A DNA stretch of 63,657 bases, the filler included, from Octopus bimaculoides (lineage: Eukaryota): NCBI RefSeq assembly GCF_001194135.2. It is 6 parts of 5 records of this genome, joined end to end, with 100 filler letters (N's around TTAATTAATTAA, not from the genome) between each part and the next. Parts side by side here need not be neighbours in the genome. Positions count along the whole stretch, not along the records: positions 1 to 19,275 come from NC_068989.1; positions 19,376 to 33,409 come from NC_068982.1; 4 more parts are not named here. One strand, given 5' to 3'. Under the pieces are notes generated by a model. The model ran no database searches. It was not told where the DNA came from and worked only from the letters and a program-made list of their open reading frames with translations. Shown here piece after piece: positions 12,481 to 24,378 of the stretch (positions are counted from its first letter, which is position 1; each line of letters starts with the position of its first letter). The translations under genes and the position numbers were made by a program.

Positions 12481-13195
12481 CAACAGACTTTTTGTGATGT
12501 GTACCTTGTTTTTTTTTTTTTTTGTGTTGTATACCTTTTTTTTCTTGTACTGTGTATCTTGGAAACAGTTGAGGGTTTGGCAACTAAAAAAAGCATCTAG
12601 TTATAGAAAACCTGCCTCAACAAATTCTGTCTATCCTATGCAAGCATGGTATAGTGGGTATTAAACGATAATGGTGACAGAAGCCCCCTTACCGCCTCAC
12701 TCAGACAATAGTGTACTCAAGACTTAGAAATGGAAAAATTAGTGGTTGGCGTTAGGAAGGGCATCCAGCTGTAGAAACTCTGCCAAATCAGACTGGAGCC
12801 TGGTGTTGCCATCCGGTTTCACCAGTCCTCAGTCAAATCATCCAACCCATGCTAGCATGGAAAGCGGACGTTAAACGATGATGATGATGAATAAACTGTT
12901 GAAGAAGGAAAAGACTGAATCGTCCAACTTGAATGTATTTGCTCAACAACAGCAACAACATTTCAGTTTTTCTACTTAGGATATGATTCTGAGTGAGATT
13001 TGGCTGATATTTCTAGCGAAAGATTGAGCCACCATCGAGAAGTTTGTGTGGCAGACATAGTAACCGGTAACTATGGGTAATCATGAAACTAAATTTCTCC
13101 ATTACTGAGTTATCTCCCTTCACAATATTATTTCTCTCTTTGTTTCCTTACTAATTTCTCTCTCTCTCTCTTTCTCCTTCACCATCCGTGATCAG

Positions 13196-13377
13196 AAATC
13201 TCGGTTTGCCTAATCACCAACCAATGCTGGGGCTGCCTTCTTCCACTAACAACGGAGACATTCCACAGAGTTCGAACTGTGACCGCCAATCCCCCGATCA
13301 CTCTACTGTACAACATTGTGACGATCTCTCTCAACGTTTTGAACAAGTCCAAAGCAACGTCGACCAAGTGAGACATT
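13196..13377 (+). CDS. PCNT: Pericentrin/AKAP9-like penultimate coding exon (donor after 13367 or 13377)
   Basis: atcag|A AAT CTC; phase 2 matches the previous exon; NLGLPNHQPMLG...DDLSQRFEQVQSNVDQ; two GTGAG donors 10 nt apart. Confidence 0.75.
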
Positions 13378-13492
13378 GTGAGTTACCTCCCCTATTTTTA
13401 TCTGATTCTTTTTTTTTCTCCTTTTTTATTTTTTTAAAACGGAAGCTGGATCGGATTGGCTGATTTTCGAATTTGAGCCCGTGTGTGTGTGT

Positions 13493-13526
<34 letters not shown>

Positions 13527-13829
13527 CAGCTTTAGTATCTGCTGTGCGCTTTCTGTATATCTGTTTGTATATGCAGTTGAATTGTGGCTTAATATTGAAG
13601 ATGTTTACAGGTGAGGACATGGTCATGTGGTAAGAAGCTAGCTTCCCAACCACGTGTTTCTGAGTTCAGTCCCCCAGCATGGACTTTGTTAACCAGTGTC
13701 CTCTTCTATACTTTTGGGAGTAAAATTGGTTAGTGGAAACGAGAAGAAGCCCATTCTGTGTATGTGTATATATCTATGTGTGTGTGTGTGCGTCTGCGCA
13801 CGCACGTGTATTTGTATGTCTGTATGTAA

Positions 13830-13952
13830 TGAGTAAGTTTATATTTTCCTATCGTAAATAAAATCATAACATAAACAATTAAATATAAGAAGTAATAATT
13901 TCTTAAAGTATGTGTTAATCCCTATGTACCCAGACTTTGTGGACACCCTGTA
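13830..13952. mobile_element. Tc1/mariner MITE end
   Basis: ...GACTTTGTGGACACCCTG-TA, i.e. a TA-CAGGGTGTCC-type TIR; the other end was not seen. Confidence 0.45.
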
Positions 13953-14274
13953 CATGCTAAAATGATGACAATCACATGCACACACACACACACACACACA
14001 CAAATTTTCACTTCTTACGGGCCAGGAAAAGAACCACTATTGAACCTGCTAGAGGTAGTAGCCAAATCTTCTTCAAATTATGCTTTTCTACCTTAAACAC
14101 ACACATACACACACACACATTTGGTCATTGGAGCTGGGCTGGGCACAGGTGGAGTGTCTTTGATCATCTGTCTGTTCAATGTGGGATGCCTTGGGTTAAA
14201 CAGTAACCACATGATCCCTCTTTTGATTTGTGTCTGTTTCTACATTTTTGTTTTTTCTTTCTCTCTATTTTCAG

Positions 14275-14364
14275 CTCCGCAAATCGAGCGACAACGACAC
14301 AGGCGGAAATACGATGGCTTTCATAAAAACATTGACCTCTGACCCTTGGCCTGGCATTTTTTAA
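14275..14364 (+). CDS. PCNT: Pericentrin/AKAP9-like terminal coding exon (stop at 14342 or 14364 depending on donor)
   Basis: strong pyrimidine tract, ttttcag|CTCCGC; both usable frames reach a stop within 90 nt. Confidence 0.65.
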   Translation, partial: LRKSSDNDTGGNTMAFIKTLTSDPWPGIF

Positions 14365-14942
14365 TTCATTTTTTTTTTTTTTTTGTATAAAACAGAAGGC
14401 ACAAGCAAATTTACCTGTGTGCATGTGCATGTGTGTTTATATATATATNNNNNNNNNNNNNNNNNNNNNNNNNNNNNNNNNNNNNNNNNNNNNNNNNNNN
14501 NNNNNNNNNNNNNNNNNNNNNNNNNNNNNNNNNNNNNNNNNNNNNNNNNNNNNNNNNNNNNNNNNNNNNNNNNNNNNNNNNNNNNNNNNNNNNNNNNNNN
14601 NNNNNNNNNNNNNNNNNNNNNNNNNNNNNNNNNNNNNNNNNNNNNNNNNNNNNNNNNNNNNNNNNNNNNNNNNNNNNNNNNNNNNNNNNNNNNNNNNNNN
14701 NNNNNNNNNNNNNNNNNNNNNNNNNNNNNNNNNNNNNNNNNNNNNNNNNNNNNNNNNNNNNNNNNNNNNNNNNNNNNNNNNNNNNNNNNNNNNNNNNNNN
14801 NNNNNNNNNNNNNNNNNNNNNNNNNNNNNNNNNNNNNNNNNNNNNNNNNNNNNNNNNNNNNNNNNNNNNTTTTTTTTTTTTTTAATTTTTCTGAAGGCAG
14901 GTAGAGGAATATCTATGCACCATACAGACACACACACGCACG

Positions 14943-14984
<42 letters not shown>

Positions 14985-15592
14985 GTGATCGCTTAAACTG
15001 TATGCTGCTCCTCGGCCCCACACATCCATTGGAGCTAGGTAGGATTGAATCTACGAACCTTCTGGTGTCTAAATGCCTGTCACACCTTCTTAGAAAAGTA
15101 AAAGATAAAAGGGCTGTTTGATAATTATTGCAGAAAGTGTGTCTCTGTGTCCAGAGGCACAAATATCTGTGTGTGTGTGTGTCTGTGTGTGTATATATAA
15201 ATATATGTAAGTGTACATATATATTTGTATGTGTGTGTGTATCTATATATATATAAATAAATATATGTTAGTGTACATATATATTTGTGTGTATGTATAT
15301 TATAGATGTATAAATTTGTATATGTATTTATAAATATATGTATGTCATAATGAAAAGAAAGACTTGCATATTTGATGAAATAAGACACATGCACACAAAC
15401 TGGTGAATGTTTAGGTTTATAACCGTGGAATACCTTGATTGTGTGTTCAGTGTTATTAGAAGCAAAGCATTTTGAATAATGGTAAATCTTGAGTTGCATC
15501 TTCATGGTCGTCGAAAGAATCTCATTTCAAGAATCAGACACTCGAAACGACAGACTTACAATCAGGATTCAAAATGCTTCACCTTTTACTGA

Positions 15593-15625
<33 letters not shown>

Positions 15626-15878
15626 AGGCCCCTGATATTTAAAATAAAGTGTTAGCACTTAAGGTGTGCAAATTAGTAGCCCCACGTTTTTCTGGCTACT
15701 GTAATCGTTGAGTATATAAACAGCTTTGACTGCTTATTTCTCTGGAATTGGTCAAACAGATGTCGACGCCTGTGATGAGAGTCCAATAGGACTCCGAAAT
15801 CAATCTATGTTGTTCACCATTTTCCCAATTTATGGAGAAACAGCTATATTAGTCCTGTTTATAAAAAAGGTACTATAC

Positions 15879-15957
<79 letters not shown>

Positions 15958-15974
15958 GCACACACATACCTGTG

Positions 15975-16074
15975 GGTGTTTAATATAAGAAGTGGCTTCC
16001 TAAATATATATATTTATACACTCACACAGATAAATGTATATACTTGTGAGTGTTTCGTATAAGAAGTAACTTCC

Positions 16075-16118
<44 letters not shown>

Positions 16119-16440
16119 TGTATTCACACATATGGGCACATATATCTATAGGTGTTTGATGTAAGAAGTGGCTTCCTAAATATATATATACACACACACA
16201 CAGATTGACAGATGTATATATATACCTGTCGGTTTTTATTATAAGAAGTGTCTTCTTAAGTATACACACACACCCATATGCGAGTGTTTAATATAACAAG
16301 TGGCTTTCTAAATACATGCATACACGTATACACACACACACACACACATATATATATAACTGAATGTTTAATATAACAAGTGGCTTTCTAACTATATACA
16401 CTCCCACACACATAGCTGTGATCGCTTAATATAACGAGTC
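15975..16440. repeat. Minisatellite: seven cores of about 30 bp separated by variable (TA/CA)-rich spacers
   Basis: core GTGTTTAATATAAGAAGTGGCTTCCTAAA near 15975, 16050, 16151, 16231, 16284, 16364, 16421. Confidence 0.85.
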
Positions 16441-16681
16441 TGTGGAGCGGTCAGCTTCGTAAAGGAAACAAAAAGGTCTGTTTCAATCCATTTTTAAATA
16501 TAATGTTTCACTCCCAGTGACCTTTGTCCAGCTTTGACCCCTGTAAGGGGATGTCAGGTGACTTATTTCCATTGGCTTCTCAGTCCTTAGATCATTCGAT
16601 ACCCCTGCATTTCTCACTGTGATATTAGTTTAACATAAATCTCCATAAACCAACGAGCTTTTATTAGTCTAATTATTATTT

Positions 16682-16715
<34 letters not shown>

Positions 16716-17050
16716 GAAGGTGGTGAGCTGGCAGAAACGTTAGCGTGCTGGACAAAATGCTTAGCAGCAGCATTTCATCCGTCTTCATGTTCTGAGTTCA
16801 AATGCTGCCGAGATCGACTTTGCCTTTCATCCTTTCAGGGGTTGAGAAATTAAGTACCAGTGAAACGCTGAGGGGGGGGTGGGGAATGTAATTGACTTGT
16901 CCCCCTTGTTGAAATTGCTGGCCTTTTCCCAAAATTTGAAACCATTATTATTTCCTGAGTAGATAAGACACTACCAGTAATATACTGAGGTTGATTTTTT
17001 CACCTACACTCCTGCAAAAAACGATTGGCTGTAGGTTTATTATGAGTGAA

Positions 17051-17100
<50 letters not shown>

Positions 17101-17313
17101 GAGTTTTTGACTGTTATTTCCAGCAGGTAAACATGCTTAGTATGTCCTTTGGTTAATTTTAATCCTTCAGCTATTTAATGCTTTTGGGGTGGGGCTTGCA
17201 ATCGCTTATATTACTGATTCTGTTATTATCATTTTTAAATTGTTACACTAGATAATAATAAGGTCAATAATATCTTCGTAAGTTTTTTTTTTCTTGTGAA
17301 TTATTTGCTCTGT

Positions 17314-17347
<34 letters not shown>

Positions 17348-17863
17348 TAGGTTTTTAATTTAGACTCTGAGGCAGCACTTTTGATGGGGTTGTGCGTCAT
17401 TGATCCTGTTGATGTGAAAATAGAACTGGTACTTTATTTTATTGGCCTCAAAAGATGAAATATCAATCAAGTTGAAGAAAACATCAGAAATGCTTTGCTT
17501 CCTGCAGAAACTTCTCAGAGATTTTCCATGCTTTTCTAAATCGGTTGCAATCCTGGAAACCTGTCTGTATCACAGCCAGTATCCTAGGGTCACAAGTGTT
17601 TTGCCACTTGGCCCGTATGCTTCACCACAGTGGAGTAGCGAGGGGACTGAACTAGTCTCCACTTAGGGAAGGGTTCCACAAGTGGTGTGTTGCCAACCAA
17701 AGCTGTCTGAGCTGCCGTACAAAGTTTCTTGATGGTTTTCTTCAGTTTGTCTGGATTCCAGACTTATTATCTTCTGCAGGAAAGAGCGCACCAATCGGGA
17801 TGGATAACTGTGGCTGCTAACGTCAGTGGCAAATAGTAATTATGATATAACAGCAACAACAAC

Positions 17864-17897
<34 letters not shown>

Positions 17898-18166
17898 CTT
17901 CGAGTTTTTTTTTTTGTAATAGTAATTACGATCATGAATATGGTTATCATCATCATCATCATCATCAGATGTGAACCCTGGCCAAACCAATAGAGCTTAG
18001 ACTCTCAGATATATGTGTGTGAGCTAGAACAAAGAACACACATAATAATGTGCATATGTGTATGTGTGCATATATATGTATATATATACACACATATGCA
18101 CACACAGATGTATAGAGTCAGGGATTTATGTCAGCATGCCTACCCCTCTCTCCATCTCCCTCCTTG

Positions 18167-18199
<33 letters not shown>

Positions 18200-18603
18200 C
18201 CCCTCTCTTTTTAGTTCTGCTGTACTGTCTTGTTAGAAGTTTCTTTAAAAAAATCCTTTGGTATCTCGCTCATATGATGTAATTCTTTGCTGGAAACCTA
18301 CTTCGACATATACACATACATATATATATATATGTGCGTGTCTGTGTGTGTATATATATATATATATGTATGTATGTGCATGCATGCATACGTGTACTAA
18401 CATACAAGTATTTGAGGGTATTTGTGCAACTGGGTGTTTATATGTTTATCAGTGTGTGTATATAATATAGATATATATATATACACACACACACACACAT
18501 ACACATGTTTATGTGTGTGTGTATGCATATCAGTAGATCTGTCTATGAATGTACTTCTAAGTGTGCTTGATATATAAATATATGTATATATATATTTGTG
18601 TGA

Positions 18604-18650
<47 letters not shown>

Positions 18651-19275
18651 CACACATATAACATTTTTAAATGGTTTAGATATTTTTAAGTAGGTAGTTG
18701 TGTGTAATTGTATGTATGTATGTATGTATGTATGTATGTATGTATGAACAGGTTTTCAAGACAACTTGCCTTATAAATGTACGCTCCTTAAATTACAGAT
18801 TATATATATATGTATAATTATTGAATATTTTTTCATATTTTTTAATAGAGTAAAAACGAACACACACACACACACACATGCATACATGCACATACAGTTA
18901 CACAAATTGATTACAGAAGGACAAAAGATTACACAAATAAAGAAAGCTATGTGTGGGGTGTGTATGCCTGTGTGTCTGTACATGAGGTTTGGATGCATGG
19001 GTGGATGCGCATATATATACATATATATATATATATGTGTATATATATGTTTGCTTTATCGGAAATCTTTTAAAAAAAAAGGTAAAAACAAAACAAAATC
19101 AAAGACTTTGAACAAACTTATTGAAAAATATATAAAAATCAAATAAAATCCAAGAATATTTCAAATTGTTTTTGTTTTTAATTTCTCTGTTTGTCATTGT
19201 TTCTCTGCTTTATTTTCCATTCTTATATGATTGTTGGGCCAGTTGATCATCATGATTATATATATAGATCGGAAG

Positions 19276-19375
19276 NNNNNNNNNNNNNNNNNNNNNNNNN
19301 NNNNNNNNNNNNNNNNNNNTTAATTAATTAANNNNNNNNNNNNNNNNNNNNNNNNNNNNNNNNNNNNNNNNNNNN
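19276..19375. other. Artificial scaffold-join spacer (44 N + TTAATTAATTAA + 44 N)
   Basis: identical 100-bp construct also at 33410-33509, 41549-41648, 59727-59826, 62516-62615; the 12-mer gives stops in all six frames. Confidence 0.95.
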
Positions 19376-19393
19376 CAGTGATACCGAGTTCAA
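19376..19393 (+). CDS. RBM28: RBM28, 3' remnant of an RRM2 exon truncated by an assembly join
   Basis: CA GTG ATA CCG AGT TCA A|gtaagt (xVIPSS), phase 1, fits the next acceptor; aligns with the NIP..|DG junction as recalled from vertebrate RBM28; only 18 nt visible. Confidence 0.5.
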
Positions 19394-19913
19394 GTAAGTT
19401 CATTTTCCTGTATAACTTTTCATCATCATCATCGTTATTTAATGTCCGCCTTCCAGCAGTTTGATGAGAGCCAGCCAGGCAGAAGCCTGTGTCAGACTTC
19501 TGTAAATGTTTTGGTAGGATTTTTACAGCTGGATGTCCTTCCTGACACCAACCACTCAGCAGAGTGGACTTAGTGCTTTTTACGTGGCACAAGCACAGGC
19601 GAGGTCAGTTTTGGCAAGGTTTTTGCAGCTGGATGCCCTTCCAAATGCCAACCACTTTACAGTGTGGACTGGGTGCTTTTTAAGTGGCACCTGCACTGAC
19701 AGGGTCACCAAGTACTTGCAAGACAACAAAAAAGAACAAAAATAGAAAATATTTCTGTGTGTTTGTGAAAGTTGTTTATTACAAGTGATGTTGTTGTTAC
19801 TGCTCTTGTCTTCAGCTTGCTCACATACTTTGCACCTTCAAAGGTGTACGAAATTAGAAATGGAATGGCATTCAGCTGTAAAAATAATGCTTTGATAATA
19901 TATTCGTCTAGCC

Positions 19914-20058
19914 CATTGCTCTGCAACCAGTATGCCACGGCACACTGGTGTGCTGCAGTGTAACCTGAATATAATTTTTTCCCCCTGTACTTTTAGTTAT
20001 GTTTTTAGTTCAGGTGTGCCAGGAAATTTTGAAAAGAATATGAGGTTGCGGAGCACTG
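19914..20058. mobile_element. hAT (Charlie-like) MITE
   Basis: TIRs CATTGCTCTGCAACC and GGTTGCGGAGCACTG; 8-bp TSD GTCTAGCC / GTCTAACC. Confidence 0.72.
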
Positions 20059-20658
20059 GTCTAACCCATACTAACAAAGTAAAACAAATGTAAAACCTCT
20101 CTCTTCATATACGTGTTTGTATTTACACTGGTCTAGAAACCTGTATTGTGTCCCCTTATGTCTTGCTATGTAGCAGTTCAACTAATAGTGATTAATAAAA
20201 AAAAAAAATGGTTCAAACTGAAATAAGTGTTGATGTGAGCAGCAAAGACCTTTGATGACAGTGCCCCAGCATGGCCACAAGCCAATGATTGATGATTCCT
20301 AATGGCTAAAATTATCCTTCTATTCATTAGGTTATTGAATGGCTGGAATTACTTTCCTTACATTTTTACCATGCAACAAAACAAATTACAACATAACCGT
20401 AGACATTTTTTGGAGACAGTCTCTGCTAATAATATTAATAATAAGAGAACTCAGAGAATACAAACCAAGGTACTACTGTATGTATATGTATATATATACA
20501 TACTCTCTGAGTGGTTGGCGTTAGGAAGGGCATCCAGCTGTAGAAACTCTGCCAAATCAGATTGGAGCCTGGTGTTGCCATCCGGTTTCACCAGTCCTCA
20601 GTCAAATCATCCAACCCATGCTAGCATGGAAAGCGGACGTTAAACGATGATGATATAT

Positions 20659-20949
20659 AAACAATTGTACCGTGGAAGATTTTTATAAGCCATTTAAAAA
20701 CACACAAAGACCGTTAGATTCACTTCAACATTTAAATTCAATTTGCCAAAATATTTTCATCGCTTTGAGACCACAACCTGTTCACTGACAAAATTCCGAG
20801 ATGCAGCACAGAATTTTGTCAGTGAACTGGTTGCGGCCTCAAAGCAACGAAAATATTTTGGCAAATTAAATTTAAATGTTGAAGTGAATCTAACAGTTTT
20901 TGTGTATTTCTTAAATGGCTTATAAACACCTTCCATGCTGCAATTGTTT
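20659..20949. mobile_element. About 290-bp fold-back (palindromic MITE-like element)
   Basis: two arms of about 135 bp, near-perfect reverse complements around a loop of about 15 nt near 20797-20811. Confidence 0.85.
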
Positions 20950-21207
20950 TTGTTCCAGCACACGATCTCAGATCAGGTCACTTACTATGCAAGTACATTT
21001 CCATAACATATATATATATATATATATATATATCATCATATAGCATGGTGAGTTTCCGGACAGATTCCATCTACGTAGTTTCTTTCACATGGTATTATTA
21101 CTTTATACCATCATTTTATATTGCTTATTTATAACAAAGTCAACATGTCTTCTTTCTTTTCTTTCCCGCTACTCAATCTATGAAGGTAATATTTGTTTCC
21201 ATTTCAG

Positions 21208-21300
21208 ATAACAGAAGTTGCGGTTTTGGATTTATTCAGTTCATAGACATTCGAAGTGCTGACAGAGCTATTAAAGAGATGAATGCAAAGGAAATTGATG
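21208..21300 (+). CDS. RBM28: RBM28/Nop4-like RRM2 exon (RNP1)
   Basis: ttcag|AT AAC AGA...GAT G|gtttgt; NRSCGFGFIQFIDIRSADRAIKEMNAKEID resembles RBM28 RGFGFVQF...MNMKEIK. Confidence 0.9.
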
Positions 21301-21379
21301 GTTTGTTTTCCGTATTTCTTTCTTTCTGCTGTTTTATGTTAATGTTGGCGGCATTGGTGTTAACTCGTATCCATGTAGT

Positions 21380-21990
21380 ATCTCTGTAGCTCCTATCTTG
21401 ACGGGTGTGAAGGGTGTTGGTGCCTGAGGTGATGGTAGTATTAAAGAGGTAGGGGCAGATGCAACAGCAAGGGAAATAAGCTACTAACCAGAAGGTCATG
21501 CAGGTTATGGGCATGTTTGAAGGAAGGAAGATATGGGAGGTGAAAGGGGTCAGATTGAAGTTGGCAGAAGGCTCGAAGAATGGTACATTGGAGGGGTAGG
21601 TGTGGGGAAAGAGAGTGGAGGCACAGGCGAGGGCAATTTGGATAATGTTGGGGAGTCTCCCCATTGGGTGAAGTGGCAATCCACAAATTGGGGTTGTCTT
21701 CACTACAGGGCCTTCAAATATTGGGGGAACTGAAAGTAAGGGACGGGCAGTTTGGTGTTGGTAGGGTGGGAGAAGTTGAGATAGGAGGGTGAGTCTTTGG
21801 GGTTTATAGAGGATGAAAATGGTAAGATAAGAATGGTGGCTGGTGACAGAAACATCAAGAAAGTTGATGGAGGTGTTTGAAACAGAGCAGGAGAATTGGA
21901 GAGCAAGGTGGGAAGACGTGATGAAAGAGAGGAAGGAGTCATGATGTTCATGGGAAAGTGAGATTGTGCCAATGCAGTCATCTATATTGT
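21380..21990 (-). mobile_element. Penelope-like element (PLE) RT/thumb-to-linker fragment, frameshifted
   Basis: IDDCIG...FLSFITSSHLALQFSCSVSNTSINFLDVSV...YKP, DSPSYLNFSHP...PYFQF and NLHDLLVSS are motifs typical of PLE reverse transcriptases. Confidence 0.8.
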
Positions 21991-22079
21991 GTTTCCTTAT
22001 GTTAGTCAATATATATAACCATTACCCATGTTACTGTGTATAACATTGCTTTTATCTATCCTTTCTTCATCTCTTACAG

Positions 22080-22154
22080 GACGAGTTGTTGCCATTGACT
22101 GGGCAATATCCAAGACAAAATATGATAAATACAAAGAATCGTTACAGCAAAAAG
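22080..22154 (+). CDS. RBM28: RBM28 exon, end of RRM2
   Basis: acag|GA CGA...AAA G|gtcagt; GRVVAIDWAISKTKY resembles GRTVAVDWAVAKDKY; phase 1/1. Confidence 0.92.
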
Positions 22155-22493
22155 GTCAGTTACTGATCAGATATACATGGATGTGTGTGTGTGTGATATA
22201 ATCAACTAAAATCCTTAAAAGTGGCACCCTAGGGTGGCCATAGTCCTATGAAAGAAGCTTACTTCTCAACCAATTGGTTCTGGGTTCAGTCCCACTGTGT
22301 TGCAACTTGAGCAAGCGTCTTCTACAATAGACCCAGGCTGACCAAAGCTTTGTGAGTGGATTTTGTAGATGGAAACTGAAAGAAGCCTGTCGTATAAAAA
22401 TGTGTTTGTGTTTGTCCCCAACTACCACTTGACAACTGGCGTTGGTGTGTTTGTCCCTTTAACTTAGCAGTTCAGTTTTAGAGACCGTTAATA

Positions 22494-22686
22494 CGAGGGT
22501 GAGTCAAAAAGTAATGCCATTTTGTTTAGGACAGGTATAATTACCAATACAGGAACATGTATCATACATCAAAATGAAGCTGGTCCTCTGTGGATCACAT
22601 CCCTACTTCTCAACATAGTCACCGTTTCTCTCAATAACAATGTTCCACCTTTGAATGAAAGCATGTATCCCTGCTCCGTAAAATTC
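22494..22686 (-). mobile_element. mariner 3' end remnant
   Basis: TA-CGAGGGT TIR; minus strand reads FYGAGIHAFIQRWNIVIERNGDYVEK*, the mariner C-terminus. Confidence 0.82.
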
Positions 22687-23173
22687 TGTTGGCATTAGGA
22701 AGGGCATCTAGCAATAGAAACTATGCCAAATCATACTGGAACCTGGTGAAGCTATCTGGCTTAGCAGTTCCAGTCAAACCATCTAACCCATGCCAGCATG
22801 GAAAGTGGACGTTAAAGGACAATGATGATTATTATATATATATATCGTCGTCGTCGTTTAACATCTATTTTCCATGCTGGCATGGGTTGGATGGTTTGAC
22901 TGAGGACTGGCGAGCCAGAAGGCTGCACCAGTCTCCAATCTGATCTGGCAAAGTTTCTACAGCTGGATGTCTTTCCTAACGCCAACCACTCCAAGAGTGC
23001 AGTGGGTGCTTTTTACGTGCCAGTCAGGTGGTACTGGCATTGACCATGCTTGAACAATGCTTTTTACGTGCCACTGGCACGGTAACCAGTCAGGCGGCAC
23101 TGGCAATGTTCACACTTGAATTGTGTTTTTTATGTGCCACTGGTACAGAACCAGTCTGGTGGCACTAGCAAGT

Positions 23174-23205
<32 letters not shown>

Positions 23206-23348
23206 CACATACGCACATCATTTAATAAATACAGAATTTAAACGTGAGCTACGGCAAGTTTCATGCTTGGATAGTACAGTAATCCGACACACTTGTCTAG
23301 TGTGCCATTTGCTTGTTTATTTTAATTTTTTTCCTTTTTCTTTTTTAG

Positions 23349-23738
23349 ATTCTAAGAAAGATGACAGTAAAGTCCCTGTCAATGGTAAGGGTTCAGGTGG
23401 TGACAACGATGATGATGATGATGATGATAATGACGATGATAACGATGACAATGATGATGATGGCAGTGATGACTCTGCCAGCGTTCATGAAGATGTGAAG
23501 TCAGGGAAGAAGAAAGTTAAAAGCAAAATCTCTGATGATGATGAGAGTGAAGGAGATGACGACGGCGACGATGATGATGATGGTGTTGAAGATGATGATG
23601 GTGATGATGATGGTGGTGAAGATGACGATGGTGATGATGATGATGACGATGGTGATGAAGATGATGATGATGAATCTGATATAAATGACAGTGACATAGA
23701 AGACAGCCAAGTTGAAGACAAGGCATCAAAGAAGAAAG
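23349..23738 (+). CDS. RBM28: RBM28 exon, Asp-rich acidic linker
   Basis: tttag|AT TCT...AAA G|gtaaaa; 390 nt, phase 1/1; sits where the RRM2-RRM3 acidic linker of RBM28 is expected. Confidence 0.88.
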
Positions 23739-24334
23739 GTAAAAATAATTTTTTTCTAAATTTCATCTCTATATATGGTTACCCAGCCTACTAGAAACAG
23801 CAGCTAGATCTCCTTCAAATCACACCCTTCTGCCTTTATTTTTTTATTATTATTCTAACCAAAATGGAAGAGTGAAGGTGTGTAGCCTATCAGTTAGGAT
23901 GTTGTGCACCCAATCACAAGATTATGGTCTTGGTTTGCAGATCAGGTGCATAATAATGTTCTTGAGTAGAGCACTTCATTTCAGGACATTGCTTCATTCT
24001 ACTCAACTGTAAACAAGTTTCCCTGCAACAGACTGGTATTTCTTTGTGATCTCAGTCATTTATATATGCCATGGGAACAGGGAAACCAGCTCTGTGGGTC
24101 CTAGAACTTGAGACAATAACGTCCAATGGGTTACTCTTTTACTTGTTTCAGTCATTTGACTGCGGCCATGCTGGAGCACCGCCTTTAGTTGAGCAAATCG
24201 ACCCCAGGACTTATTCTTTGGAAGCCTAGTACTTATTCTATCGGTCTCTTTTGCCGAACCACTAAGTTACGGGGATGTAAACACACCAGCATCGGTTGTC
24301 AAGCGATGTTGAGGGGACAAACACAGACACATAT

Positions 24335-24378
<44 letters not shown>

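Noticed and set aside
15975-16440. CRISPR-like repeat-spacer array
   Set aside because: Eukaryotic context, low-complexity related spacers of uneven length, degenerate repeats, no cas genes.
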